From Prochlorococcus sp. AG-409-A10 (lineage in GTDB: Bacteria > Cyanobacteriota > Cyanobacteriia > PCC-6307 > Cyanobiaceae): DNA of 64,000 bases. A model generated the notes under the pieces. It saw only the letters and a list, made by a program, of their open reading frames with translations. It had not been told where the DNA came from and made no database searches. The position numbers and the translations under genes are program-made. Where the stretch lies: assembly GCA_003216175.1 (NCBI GenBank), contig QCJG01000008.1, positions 5,166 to 69,165 on the forward strand, written 5' to 3'. This document shows, one piece after another, positions 52,014-60,474 of the stretch (position 1 is the first letter of the stretch; each line of letters starts with the position of its first letter).

Positions 52014-53036
52014 TTGTCATCAAAAAAGGAACTTTTCAAATATATCCTTTCGAGATTAACTCTATTGCCAATAATGCTTTGGATTATCTCGAGCTTAGTT
52101 TTTATATTGTTGAGAATTGCACCAGGCGATCCAGTAGATGCAATTCTAGGCACTCGAGCCAATGAACTTGCAAGGGAAAGCCTAAGAATTAAACTTGGAT
52201 TAGATAAACCTCTAATTAATCAATATATTGAATATCTAAATCAATTAATTCATGGAAATTTAGGAATCTCATTAAACACACAAGAACCTGTAAAAGTAAT
52301 TATTTCCAAAGCCCTTCCTGCAAGTTTAGAATTGGCTATATTTGCAATATTAATAGCATCACTAGTAGGTTATCTAATTGGTTTTTTAGGAGCAGTTAAA
52401 CCAGAAGGAAGAATAGATTTTTTAGGAAGGATTTTTGGTATTGGGACCTATGCTCTCCCTCCCTTTTGGGCTGCAATGCTAATTCAAATTATCTTTGCTG
52501 TTTTGCTAGGTTGGTTACCCATTGGGGGAAGATTACCTCCTGGTGCTATTCCCCCTCCTCCAATAACTGGTTTCTTACTTTTAGATAGTATTTTAGACAA
52601 AAACATTGAAATCATTTTTAGTTCTTTTAAACATTTAATATTACCATCAGTCACTCTAGGGATATTATTAAGTGGTATATTTAGTCGAGTATTAAGATTA
52701 AACCTAGAGGAAGTTTTAAAAAAAGATTATATTGAGGCCGCTAAAAGTAGAGGAATAAATGACTCCATAATATTAGTTAAGCATGCTTTACCAAATACAC
52801 TTCTCCCAATATTAACAATTACTGGATTAACAGTTTCTTCTTTAATTGGTGGAGCACTTTTAATTGAAATCACATTCTCATGGCCTGGAATTGCTCTTGG
52901 GCTTCAAGAAGCAATTAACCAAAGAGATTATCCTGTTGTGCAAGGAATAGTTGTTATAATATCTAGTCTTGTTGTCATAATTAGTGTTGGAATAGATATT
53001 GCTATTGCATATATTGATCCAAGGGTTAGCTATTGA
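52014..53036 (+). CDS. dppB: Peptide/nickel ABC transporter permease
   Basis: APGDP, GLDKPL..QY, GNLG.S, EAAKSRG (EAA loop), KHALPN, IEITFSWPG, RDYPVVQG. Confidence 0.9.
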   Translation: MSSKKELFKYILSRLTLLPIMLWIISSLVFILLRIAPGDPVDAILGTRANELARESLRIKLGLDKPLINQYIEYLNQLIHGNLGISLNTQEPVKVIISKALPASLELAIFAILIASLVGYLIGFLGAVKPEGRIDFLGRIFGIGTYALPPFWAAMLIQIIFAVLLGWLPIGGRLPPGAIPPPPITGFLLLDSILDKNIEIIFSSFKHLILPSVTLGILLSGIFSRVLRLNLEEVLKKDYIEAAKSRGINDSIILVKHALPNTLLPILTITGLTVSSLIGGALLIEITFSWPGIALGLQEAINQRDYPVVQGIVVIISSLVVIISVGIDIAIAYIDPRVSY

Positions 53037-54625
53037 ATATTGACAAGTTTTTCAATTATATTCCTATCCAAAATATGAAATTTAAGCTCGCCTTTAGTTA
53101 GATTAGTATTTGAAGGAATTGATTTATTCTCTTCTAATTTTTCTAGGAAGTTTGTGATCTCAAAAGCTAATAAGCTCTGCACAGAAAGTGGATGATATCC
53201 AACAATTGATTCTCCGAGATTAAATAAGTCTTTACCCTTAGACTGATAAATCTGTCCCTCTACTCTTATAGGTGAAAAATGACTAGCCCCCTCAATTAAA
53301 AGGACTCTGCTCAAGGGGCTTGAACTTAAAGCAAGCAATAACCCTAGCTGTTCACTAATAGATGGTGTAACTAAATCAAAAGTTCCTCCGGTAAGAAAAA
53401 GAGGAATATTTATTCGATTATCTAAATTCTTTTCCCACAAAAAACTACCAAAGCTATTCATACCAACAATAGCTGAAAGATTTTCTATACCTTTACTTTC
53501 TGACAAAGTAATATCTATAAGTTGACATTGTAAAAGCGAAGACAAATTAGAGAGAGAAAGGTTATCAAGTACTTTCTGGCATCTGTTTTCAAGCTGGTCA
53601 TCTATTTTTACTCCTGAAGCCAAAATAGCAGTAAGAGCTCCTAAAGAATGTCCCATCAGGACAACATTCTCTGCCGAGATATCAATTTTTCCTGATTTTT
53701 TTCCCTTAAGGATACTATTTATATCTTTCACTCGTTCAGGAATAACTTCAGCACCAGGGAGAGGAAGTCTTCCTTTCAACAAGGCTTCTAAGGCTAATGA
53801 ATCACTACCTGGATGATCCAGGACAACAACAGGCCAACCATTGTGACTAAGACTTCTTGCCAGCCAATTAAAATGATTACGATCTCCTCCTAAACCTGGC
53901 ATTAAAAGAACCCAGTTTTTTCTAATTTTCTTCCTAGAAGAAGGATTCCAAACCTCTAAATTTAAAGGTTCATTTCGATGAGAAACAGTTAAGGGAATCA
54001 ATTCGTATTCAGTTTCTTTTATTTCAAGAGGTAAAACATTGATATCTTCTCTTTCAACTGATAACTCATTAATTGAGTCCAAATCAGATATGAGTTTTTG
54101 TTGTTTATTTAATTCACTTCTCCAATTGCTAGCTACTTCAATCCACCCATCCAAATCAATATGAATTGCTTTAACAGAGAGTGAATTCAGAAGATCAAAA
54201 GTTGTCACCTCATCCTTTTCATTTAAAAGATTTTCCAAAGTATCTAGAACACTTTCGCCAGAACTGTCCTCATCCATAAGGATTAGATCACTTACTTCAT
54301 CAAGTAATTTTCGACCTGACCAGCTTCTCAAAATCTGTCTTGCCATACTTTTATCCCTTACCAACGGTGTGTTTAAAAACTTTGATAACCCTTTCCTTTC
54401 TTTAAAACCAAATAAATCAAGCCAGCTGGCTAATTCAGAATTTTTTTCCTCTGAACCATTACTCCAATCAATCAGTTCTTTTACCGAAATTGGAATAGAC
54501 ATTCCGTCAAAATGAATTTCAAATCTCTCTGCAGCTTGAAGTTTTGGATAAACATAATAAGGAGCTAGTAAGCTTCCAACTGTTCCAAGAACAACTAATT
54601 TTTTAATGAATGAATTTGTTCTCAA
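53030..54625 (-). CDS. Alpha/beta hydrolase with N-terminal DUF1400-like domain
   Basis: Signal-like N-terminus, AAERFEIHF, MPGLGG, LDHPGSD, GHSLG elbow, GASHFS. Confidence 0.82.
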   Translation of the reverse strand: MRTNSFIKKLVVLGTVGSLLAPYYVYPKLQAAERFEIHFDGMSIPISVKELIDWSNGSEEKNSELASWLDLFGFKERKGLSKFLNTPLVRDKSMARQILRSWSGRKLLDEVSDLILMDEDSSGESVLDTLENLLNEKDEVTTFDLLNSLSVKAIHIDLDGWIEVASNWRSELNKQQKLISDLDSINELSVEREDINVLPLEIKETEYELIPLTVSHRNEPLNLEVWNPSSRKKIRKNWVLLMPGLGGDRNHFNWLARSLSHNGWPVVVLDHPGSDSLALEALLKGRLPLPGAEVIPERVKDINSILKGKKSGKIDISAENVVLMGHSLGALTAILASGVKIDDQLENRCQKVLDNLSLSNLSSLLQCQLIDITLSESKGIENLSAIVGMNSFGSFLWEKNLDNRINIPLFLTGGTFDLVTPSISEQLGLLLALSSSPLSRVLLIEGASHFSPIRVEGQIYQSKGKDLFNLGESIVGYHPLSVQSLLAFEITNFLEKLEENKSIPSNTNLTKGELKFHILDRNIIEKLVNIQ

Positions 54626-55848
54626 CTTCTAGTGTTAGCAATTATTGGGAAAAATTCCCAGTATCCCTAAGATCAATAATAAAGGCACGTCTATGGACAG
54701 CAATAGGAGCAGGTGGAGTATTGTATTTAACTCCAATAATTTTTAATAGCTTAGGATTTTCAGCCCAACAAATCGGTAGCGGAATAAGTACAGCTGCATT
54801 TGCTGGAATAACAACAAGGCTTGGAACAGGATATTTACTTGACAACAAATTTAGTTATGGGGTAGCAATTAAAGTTGCATGTTTAATTTCAATATTATCT
54901 GATTTTATTCTTTTTTATTCACAAAATTATTTAACTTACCATTGTGGTCAATTTTTTTTAGGAGCTGCAGCCGGAATTTATTGGCCTTCTGCAGAATTAG
55001 CAATTCCACTTAATTGTGATAACAAAATTAAATCAAATGAAGGTTATTCTCTTGCAAGAAGTGCTGATGCAATTGGAGTGACCATTGGGGTATTTCTAGG
55101 CACTGTTGGAACATACCTTGAAATGCCTAGAATAATATATTTAACCGACAGTTTCTGCATGTTATATATATTCAAGATTCTATTTAATAGCCTAGATATA
55201 AGCAAAATTCAAGCCGAATCTAAGGAGAAAGATGATGTAGCATTTAATTATAAAAATATAGATAAGAAATCAAATCTGAAATGGATAATCAAGTTATTTC
55301 CTTTGTTTCTCATAACTCTATTTGTAACAGGAGTAATGAGTTTATTGCAAAGTATTCTTCCATTAGATTTAGCTAACGGTGGTATAACAAGGGCCCCATT
55401 TACAGAACAAAGAGTAGCCACATTAGTATCAATTAAACTAGTTTTAATTGCAATTTTTCAATGGCCAGTAGGTTATATTTTAAGGAATAAAAATCCATCG
55501 TTTAAATTCAAATTATGCCTAATATTACTACTTATAGGTTTTATTTTCCTATCACTTTCCAATTTCTTATTTGATGGATATATATTAATACTTTTAGCGT
55601 TCATACCTCTAACAATTTCTCTATGTATATTCCTACCATCTGCTTCAGATTCAATTATAAAATCTTCTCCAAATAAATACCAAGGGACAGCAATGGCTTT
55701 ATATTCTCAGTGCTTTGGAATTAGTTCTTTAACAGTCCCGTGGATGGCCGGCAAGTTAATAGACAATTTCGATACGGCCATTCAATTATGGCTAGTTATT
55801 AGTCTTATTTGTATAGTTTTAGTACCAATAACTAAGAATATAAAATAA
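54610..55848 (+). CDS. Major facilitator superfamily transporter
   Basis: About 12 hydrophobic segments; RLGTGYLLD loop motif, QGTAMALYSQ, GKLID. Confidence 0.85.
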   Translation: MNLFSTSSVSNYWEKFPVSLRSIIKARLWTAIGAGGVLYLTPIIFNSLGFSAQQIGSGISTAAFAGITTRLGTGYLLDNKFSYGVAIKVACLISILSDFILFYSQNYLTYHCGQFFLGAAAGIYWPSAELAIPLNCDNKIKSNEGYSLARSADAIGVTIGVFLGTVGTYLEMPRIIYLTDSFCMLYIFKILFNSLDISKIQAESKEKDDVAFNYKNIDKKSNLKWIIKLFPLFLITLFVTGVMSLLQSILPLDLANGGITRAPFTEQRVATLVSIKLVLIAIFQWPVGYILRNKNPSFKFKLCLILLLIGFIFLSLSNFLFDGYILILLAFIPLTISLCIFLPSASDSIIKSSPNKYQGTAMALYSQCFGISSLTVPWMAGKLIDNFDTAIQLWLVISLICIVLVPITKNIK

Positions 55849-55873
55849 AAATATCTAATCCTATTAAATTAAT

Positions 55874-56224
55874 TTAATTCCTATTCATTTCTTCAATTCT
55901 TAATTCCCTTAAATACAAAAAGAGAGGAGCTGAAAAAGCAAATGCAATGGTAAATGTAGTTAATATTACAATCCATAGATTTTTCATCTCTAGTCTCTTT
56001 GATTCTGAAATTATCCAAACAAATACAGCTGTTGAGCCTATAAATAGATCTCTAGATAAAGACTGGGAAGCTGGATTATTATTAGCCAATTCTATAAATA
56101 ATTGAATATCAAAAGCAGGTCCATAGCTTTTTGCAAATTCAATATTTGCGAGTGTAGGTAAAACAGCTCCAAATATAGCCAATAATAAATAAATCCATTT
56201 CAACCATTTAATCTGTCTTATCAT
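55874..56224 (-). CDS. DUF2834-like membrane protein
   Basis: YLLLAIFGAVLP, SRDLFI, AFAFSAPLFLYLRE recalled for DUF2834. Confidence 0.75.
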   Translation of the reverse strand: MIRQIKWLKWIYLLLAIFGAVLPTLANIEFAKSYGPAFDIQLFIELANNNPASQSLSRDLFIGSTAVFVWIISESKRLEMKNLWIVILTTFTIAFAFSAPLFLYLRELRIEEMNRN

Positions 56225-56293
56225 AAGGAAATCATTATTTAATACAAAATAATATATCAGAATTATTATAAAGTTTGTCTATTTGATGAAAAA

Positions 56294-56363
56294 TAATTTC
56301 ATATTTTTACTTATGAAATTAACTAACTATATTAGAGTTAACCGAGTTAACCTGGTTAGTTAA
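56294..56363. promoter_or_regulatory. Operator-like repeat cluster in the divergent DUF2834/pfkB gap
   Basis: IR TAATTTCATA-N8-TATGAAATTA (56294-56321); IR TTAACTAAC-N27-GTTAGTTAA (56319-56363) enclosing tandem GAGTTAACC x2 (56335-56352); function inferred. Confidence 0.4.
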
Positions 56364-56365
56364 GA

Positions 56366-57208
56366 ATGAAAATTGAGGCACCTAAAAAAATATTTAAACT
56401 CCCTAAACTTAAATTAGCTGTTATTGGTCATGTTGAATGGGTCACATTCTTAAAGGTAGACCAGCTTCCATTAGCCGGAGAAATTTCACATGCAAAAGAT
56501 TGCTTTGAAGAAGCGGCAGGGGGTGCGGCAGTCGCAGCTGTACAAATGGCAAGATTGATAAATGGACCTGTTGATTTAATCACATCATTAGGTAAAGACA
56601 ATTATGGTGAAAAATGCTACGAAAGGCTTACTAAACTTGGTTTAAATTTAAAAGTAGCTTGGCGTGAAAAACCAACAAGAAAAGGTATTAGCTTGATTAG
56701 CAAGGATGGAGAAAGAGCAATTACAGTCATTGGAGAGAGATTACAGCCAATCGCCTCTGACAAACTACCTTGGGGTGATATGAAAAATTACGATGGTATT
56801 TTTGTTACCGCAACCGATAAAGAAGGAATAAAACTTGCCAGGAAAGCTAAGTTCCTATCTGCCACTCCCCGAACAGGCGAGCAAACCCTAAAGAATGCGA
56901 AAATAAAAATCGACGCTTTAATTGGTAGCGGTCTTGATCCTGGTGAGGAAATAAATTTTGAAGAACTTGAACCTAAACCAGAAATATACATTTCAACAAA
57001 AGGTAAATCAGGTGGGACAATTTTCCCTAAAAATATTAAATACAAATCCATTAAGCCTAGTTCAAAAGAGATCGACACCTATGGATGTGGAGACTGCTTC
57101 GCAGGAGCTGTCACTACAGCTCTCTCAGCAAAACTAGATTTACAGCAAGCCATTAATATAGGTGCATATTGCGGTGCTGAATGCTCAACCCATTACGGAC
57201 CTTACTAA
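56366..57208 (+). CDS. PfkB/ribokinase family carbohydrate kinase
   Basis: AAGGAAAVAAV, G.D.YG, C-terminal DTYGCGDCFAG anion-hole motif. Confidence 0.88.
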   Translation: MKIEAPKKIFKLPKLKLAVIGHVEWVTFLKVDQLPLAGEISHAKDCFEEAAGGAAVAAVQMARLINGPVDLITSLGKDNYGEKCYERLTKLGLNLKVAWREKPTRKGISLISKDGERAITVIGERLQPIASDKLPWGDMKNYDGIFVTATDKEGIKLARKAKFLSATPRTGEQTLKNAKIKIDALIGSGLDPGEEINFEELEPKPEIYISTKGKSGGTIFPKNIKYKSIKPSSKEIDTYGCGDCFAGAVTTALSAKLDLQQAINIGAYCGAECSTHYGPY

Positions 57209-57209
57209 A

Positions 57210-57416
57210 ATGAAAAAGCAAGAAACTAAAAATCCAAAACTAATCAATAAAAATTCTATTACTAATAATTTTATAATCCTAATATTTTCAATTATTTCTC
57301 TTTTTGTTGAATCAATAATAATAATTATAAGTTTATTTAAAAAAGGTTTTGTAAAAAAAGAAGTACTTTCAAAAAAAACGAATCTAGGCTTCGACTTGAT
57401 AATCAAGAGAAAATAA
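57210..57416 (+). CDS. Small hypothetical single-TM protein, 68 aa
   Basis: ATG one nt after the pfkB stop; hydrophobic core flanked by Lys-rich ends; very AT-rich, so it could be spurious. Confidence 0.4.
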   Translation: MKKQETKNPKLINKNSITNNFIILIFSIISLFVESIIIIISLFKKGFVKKEVLSKKTNLGFDLIIKRK

Positions 57417-57512
57417 AGAGACAATGTCAATAAAAATCAATTTCATATTTTGTAATCAACTGGCTTTATTTCTAGAAGTTGCTTTAATTAGATAAGATTA
57501 TAATTATCCATA

Positions 57513-57875
57513 GTGAAATTGGTTCCAATATTTTTAATAATATTCTTTATATATATATTCTTAACTTTAAACAAGCGAAAAAAATTTACTAACAGAAAGA
57601 GTTTAATGGAAAGATTCAAGAAAAGGTTTAAAAAAATAAGTGTTCGTCGAAAAAGGATATCTGAAGAATTTACAAATTCTCTTTTACTTGATCCTTGTAA
57701 AAATATCCCTTTGGGGACATGGTATTCAGAGGACGAATTAAGAGAAAAAGCAGATATTCATAGATCTAGGTTAAGTAAATTTGGTAAATCAAAAATCAAT
57801 GGTGAAATGCTATTTGTAGGACAAAAAGGGGGGATTTACAAAATAAGTAATGATGGAAAGAAAAAATATGTGTAA
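57513..57875 (+). CDS. Basic single-TM hypothetical protein with C-terminal GxKGGxY...GKKKYV motif
   Basis: N-terminal TM, Lys/Arg-rich middle, terminal MLFVGQKGGIYKISNDGKKKYV. Confidence 0.7.
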   Translation: MKLVPIFLIIFFIYIFLTLNKRKKFTNRKSLMERFKKRFKKISVRRKRISEEFTNSLLLDPCKNIPLGTWYSEDELREKADIHRSRLSKFGKSKINGEMLFVGQKGGIYKISNDGKKKYV

Positions 57876-57893
57876 ATCTTAAAAGACAAAAAA

Positions 57894-57920
57894 CAATAAT
57901 TATAAAAAATATAATTATTG
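57894..57920. repeat. AT-only 11-bp inverted repeat, possible weak terminator
   Basis: CAATAATTATA-AAAAA-TATAATTATTG just downstream of the 57513 ORF. Confidence 0.4.
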
Positions 57921-57957
57921 CTAAAATCACATTGAAAAATTTTTGGCATATTAAACA

Positions 57958-58125
57958 TTGATTTCATACCTAACAGTCTCATTTGGAGAATTAGAGCTAT
58001 CTAACCTAACTTTTTGGACTCTTGTTGGAATAACAGTATTATTTGTCATCTCTTTTGTTTTATCAACAATTCCTCTTACTAAAAATATACAAGATACAAA
58101 AAATCCTTCAAAAAAACAAAATTAA
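57958..58125 (+). CDS. Unlisted small single-TM protein, 55 aa, TTG start
   Basis: Manual translation MISYLTVSFGELELSNLTFWTLVGITVLFVISFVLSTIPLTKNIQDTKNPSKKQN; stop overlaps the convergent ORF stop in TTAA. Confidence 0.55.
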   Translation: MISYLTVSFGELELSNLTFWTLVGITVLFVISFVLSTIPLTKNIQDTKNPSKKQN

Positions 58126-58367
58126 GCTGCCTCCTTATACTCTGAAAAATCTCTATTCGCCCAATGTATTCTTTTTACAGATAGATTAACCGTCGAGATC
58201 TTCTTGCTTTCTTCTTTTATAGATATTACATTCTTATCATATAGAAGTTGATTTGAAGTTTCATTAGAAGAGACACTTGTGCTGGAAACCTTTAAATGAT
58301 ATTTACGTGCAAGTTTTTGAATGGAGAACCCTTCTGCTTTAGATCGATGTGGCCAAAAATTCTTCAC
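58122..58367 (-). CDS. Hypothetical protein, 81 aa
   Basis: ATG-started ORF in the island; convergent 4-bp stop overlap with the 57958 ORF; no family recognised. Confidence 0.5.
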   Translation of the reverse strand: MKNFWPHRSKAEGFSIQKLARKYHLKVSSTSVSSNETSNQLLYDKNVISIKEESKKISTVNLSVKRIHWANRDFSEYKEAA

Positions 58368-58474
58368 GATAAATTAAATCTCTTTTTTAAAGAAAACCAA
58401 AAAAATAAAAAAAGCAACTTATTCTATTTTTTTACAACAAATGATTTTTTGAACTTTTGAACTATTCCTAAAAA

Positions 58475-59074
58475 TTAAGCAGCTGGCATTGCAGGTTTAT
58501 ATGATTCTTTATCTCCTACACATTCGAGACTATCTCTGGTAGATACACCTGTAGTTGGATTTACACCATCAGCTATTTTACAAAGGTTTCTTTGATCTTC
58601 ACTATCAAGAATTGCGAATGTGAAATCAGCCCCTTCAATTTGAGCTCCAGCGAAGCTGCTACCGGAAGCAATCATATTTATCAAAACAGCATTTCTTAAA
58701 TCAGTTTTCTGAAAATTAACCCTGTCCGAAAGAGTATCAGTAAGGTCTATCCCATTAAGATTTGAACCTTTTAGATCAGACAAAGTTAAAGTTGTGCCAT
58801 GAAGGTCAACATCACTAAAATCAGCATCTCTTGCCATTGCACCGGCTATTGAAGAAAGATGTAGATCTTCTCCGTGAAAATTAAATCCAGTGATATCAGA
58901 TCGAACGTAGCTTGGTACTTCGTCACCCTCTCCCTTTACTGCCACATTGGCACCAGCAAAGACTGGATTTACTCCAAAAAATATGATTAAAAAGCTCAGA
59001 ACATATTTAATAATTTTAGAAAAAAGAAGATCAAAATTCATGAGTAAAGACCATAATCCACCTGAATAATGCAA
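58475..59074 (-). CDS. Secreted/lumenal pentapeptide repeat protein; start probably the ATG at 59041
   Basis: Signal peptide ending PVFA; A(D/N)LXX repeats (ADFSD VDLHG, SNLNG IDLTD, TDLRN, AQIEG ADFTF); Cys pair RNLC...SLEC. Confidence 0.9.
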   Translation of the reverse strand: MHYSGGLWSLLMNFDLLFSKIIKYVLSFLIIFFGVNPVFAGANVAVKGEGDEVPSYVRSDITGFNFHGEDLHLSSIAGAMARDADFSDVDLHGTTLTLSDLKGSNLNGIDLTDTLSDRVNFQKTDLRNAVLINMIASGSSFAGAQIEGADFTFAILDSEDQRNLCKIADGVNPTTGVSTRDSLECVGDKESYKPAMPAA

Positions 59075-59148
59075 TTATCTACCCTATCAAAGAATTTTAT
59101 ATGCATTGATTAAGACAAATTAATGTAAGAGGAAATATCTAATGATAA

Positions 59149-59328
59149 TCACAAAAGAGGCCTCCCAGAGATAAATTCATGCATTACAGGGTTCATCCAA
59201 TAAAACCCAACGAATAACATGACAAACACATTGAAAAATATCAAAGCTCCTCCTAGTAAAAAGGTCTGATCATTCGAAGGATTATCTTCTGTAATTCGTT
59301 GAACAATGGCTTGAAAATTCTGGTTCAT
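59149..59328 (-). CDS. Small membrane protein, 59 aa from the ATG at 59328
   Basis: One TM (LLGGALIFFNVFVMLFVGFYW) then NPVMHEFISGRPLL; the track starts at an upstream TTG. Confidence 0.6.
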   Translation of the reverse strand: MNQNFQAIVQRITEDNPSNDQTFLLGGALIFFNVFVMLFVGFYWMNPVMHEFISGRPLL

Positions 59329-59537
59329 TTTTCGCAATAACACCAAACCAAGTTACTAGAAAAACGAAATTATTGAGGCTCTAACAGGAGAATTAACAGG
59401 ATCTTTCTAATTTTTTAAGATTTTAAAAATACTTTTACTGAAAACATTGAATCATGGGTGGGACTTTCGATCTTTCGCGATTTTATAAAATCAATCTCCC
59501 ATTCAAGTATTAGTATCTTTCAAAAACTGACTCACTC

Positions 59538-59879
59538 ATGCCTTTCATTCAAGTCAACACATCCTCGAAAAGTGTTGTAGAAAATGATGATTTGCTCCAA
59601 AAAGATATTTCAAAAATGGTTGCTGATCTAACCAGAAAGCCTGAAAATTACGTAATGACGATGATCCAAAGAGATACCAAAATGACATTTGCTGGATCTG
59701 ATGCTCCATGCTGTTTTATCAAGGTTAAATCTATTGGTTCCCTAAACCCTTGCTCAATGAGCAAGTCTTTGTGCGAGTTAATTGCATCTAAAACGAATAT
59801 AAATAGGGATAGGATTTACATTGAATTTATCGACGTTAAAGCCTCAAATTGGGGATTCAATGGCTCAACATTTGGATAG
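59538..59879 (+). CDS. Macrophage migration inhibitory factor (MIF)/tautomerase family protein
   Basis: Met-Pro start (catalytic Pro1), TRKPENYVM, MTFAGS..PC, KSIG, DRIYIEF, NWGFNGSTF. Confidence 0.9.
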   Translation: MPFIQVNTSSKSVVENDDLLQKDISKMVADLTRKPENYVMTMIQRDTKMTFAGSDAPCCFIKVKSIGSLNPCSMSKSLCELIASKTNINRDRIYIEFIDVKASNWGFNGSTFG

Positions 59880-59945
59880 TAAATATATTATCTTGAATAA
59901 TTAAAGCTGAAGTCATTTTAATAAAAATACTCCCTACTAATAAAA

Positions 59946-60345
59946 TCAAGATATTTTACAACCCCTTTCAGCACATAGTTTTTCTATAGAAGATCGAAAA
60001 GTTATTTTCAATCTATATTTAGCCCATACTCCATAAATAAACACAATAACTTTATCTAAAACGGGCAATTTTGTTGGAGCATAAATCCAACCTAAACCAA
60101 TCAAACTATAAGCCTCTTGAAAACCTTAATGTCCTTAATTATTGAACCATCACTTTTTAAGGCATGAGTTCTATCCATCGCTTGTTTATAAGTAATTCCG
60201 TATTTAAGATCTAAAGAAAAATCAGGACAATTAATATCAATAAAACTTAGGTATCCCTTTTGATTTCTTGATTGCAAGAAATCAACCTCTCTTTACATAA
60301 GGGGCAACCTCCATCAAAAAACATAGTAAGTTTGACTATTTTCAT
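59946..60345 (-). pseudogene. DCC1-like (DUF393) thiol-disulfide oxidoreductase with two single-base deletions
   Basis: FFDGGCPLC (DxxCxxC); restoring one A at 60292-60294 and one T at 60120-60123 gives a clean 133-aa protein (400 nt present, 402 needed). Confidence 0.88.
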
Positions 60346-60474
60346 AAAAAATTTAGATGTTCAGAAAAGCTTTTATTAAAGAAGGGAATCCTATCTTCGT
60401 TATTCAATGTAAATAAACACTTGATAGCATCGGAATTAAGAGGGATCTTAATGATATCTAGCTGATAAAAAAAA

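Noticed and set aside
688-54848. Many 60-118 aa ORFs antisense to or nested in long genes (e.g. 688-945, 23650-23991, 25448-25804, 34271-34540, 39450-39746, 46808-47071)
   Set aside because: They lie wholly within well-supported conserved genes and show no independent motifs; they are shadow ORFs.
57185-57430. 81-aa minus-strand ORF
   Set aside because: Overlaps the pfkB 3' end and mirrors the + strand 57210-57416 ORF, which fits operon geometry better.
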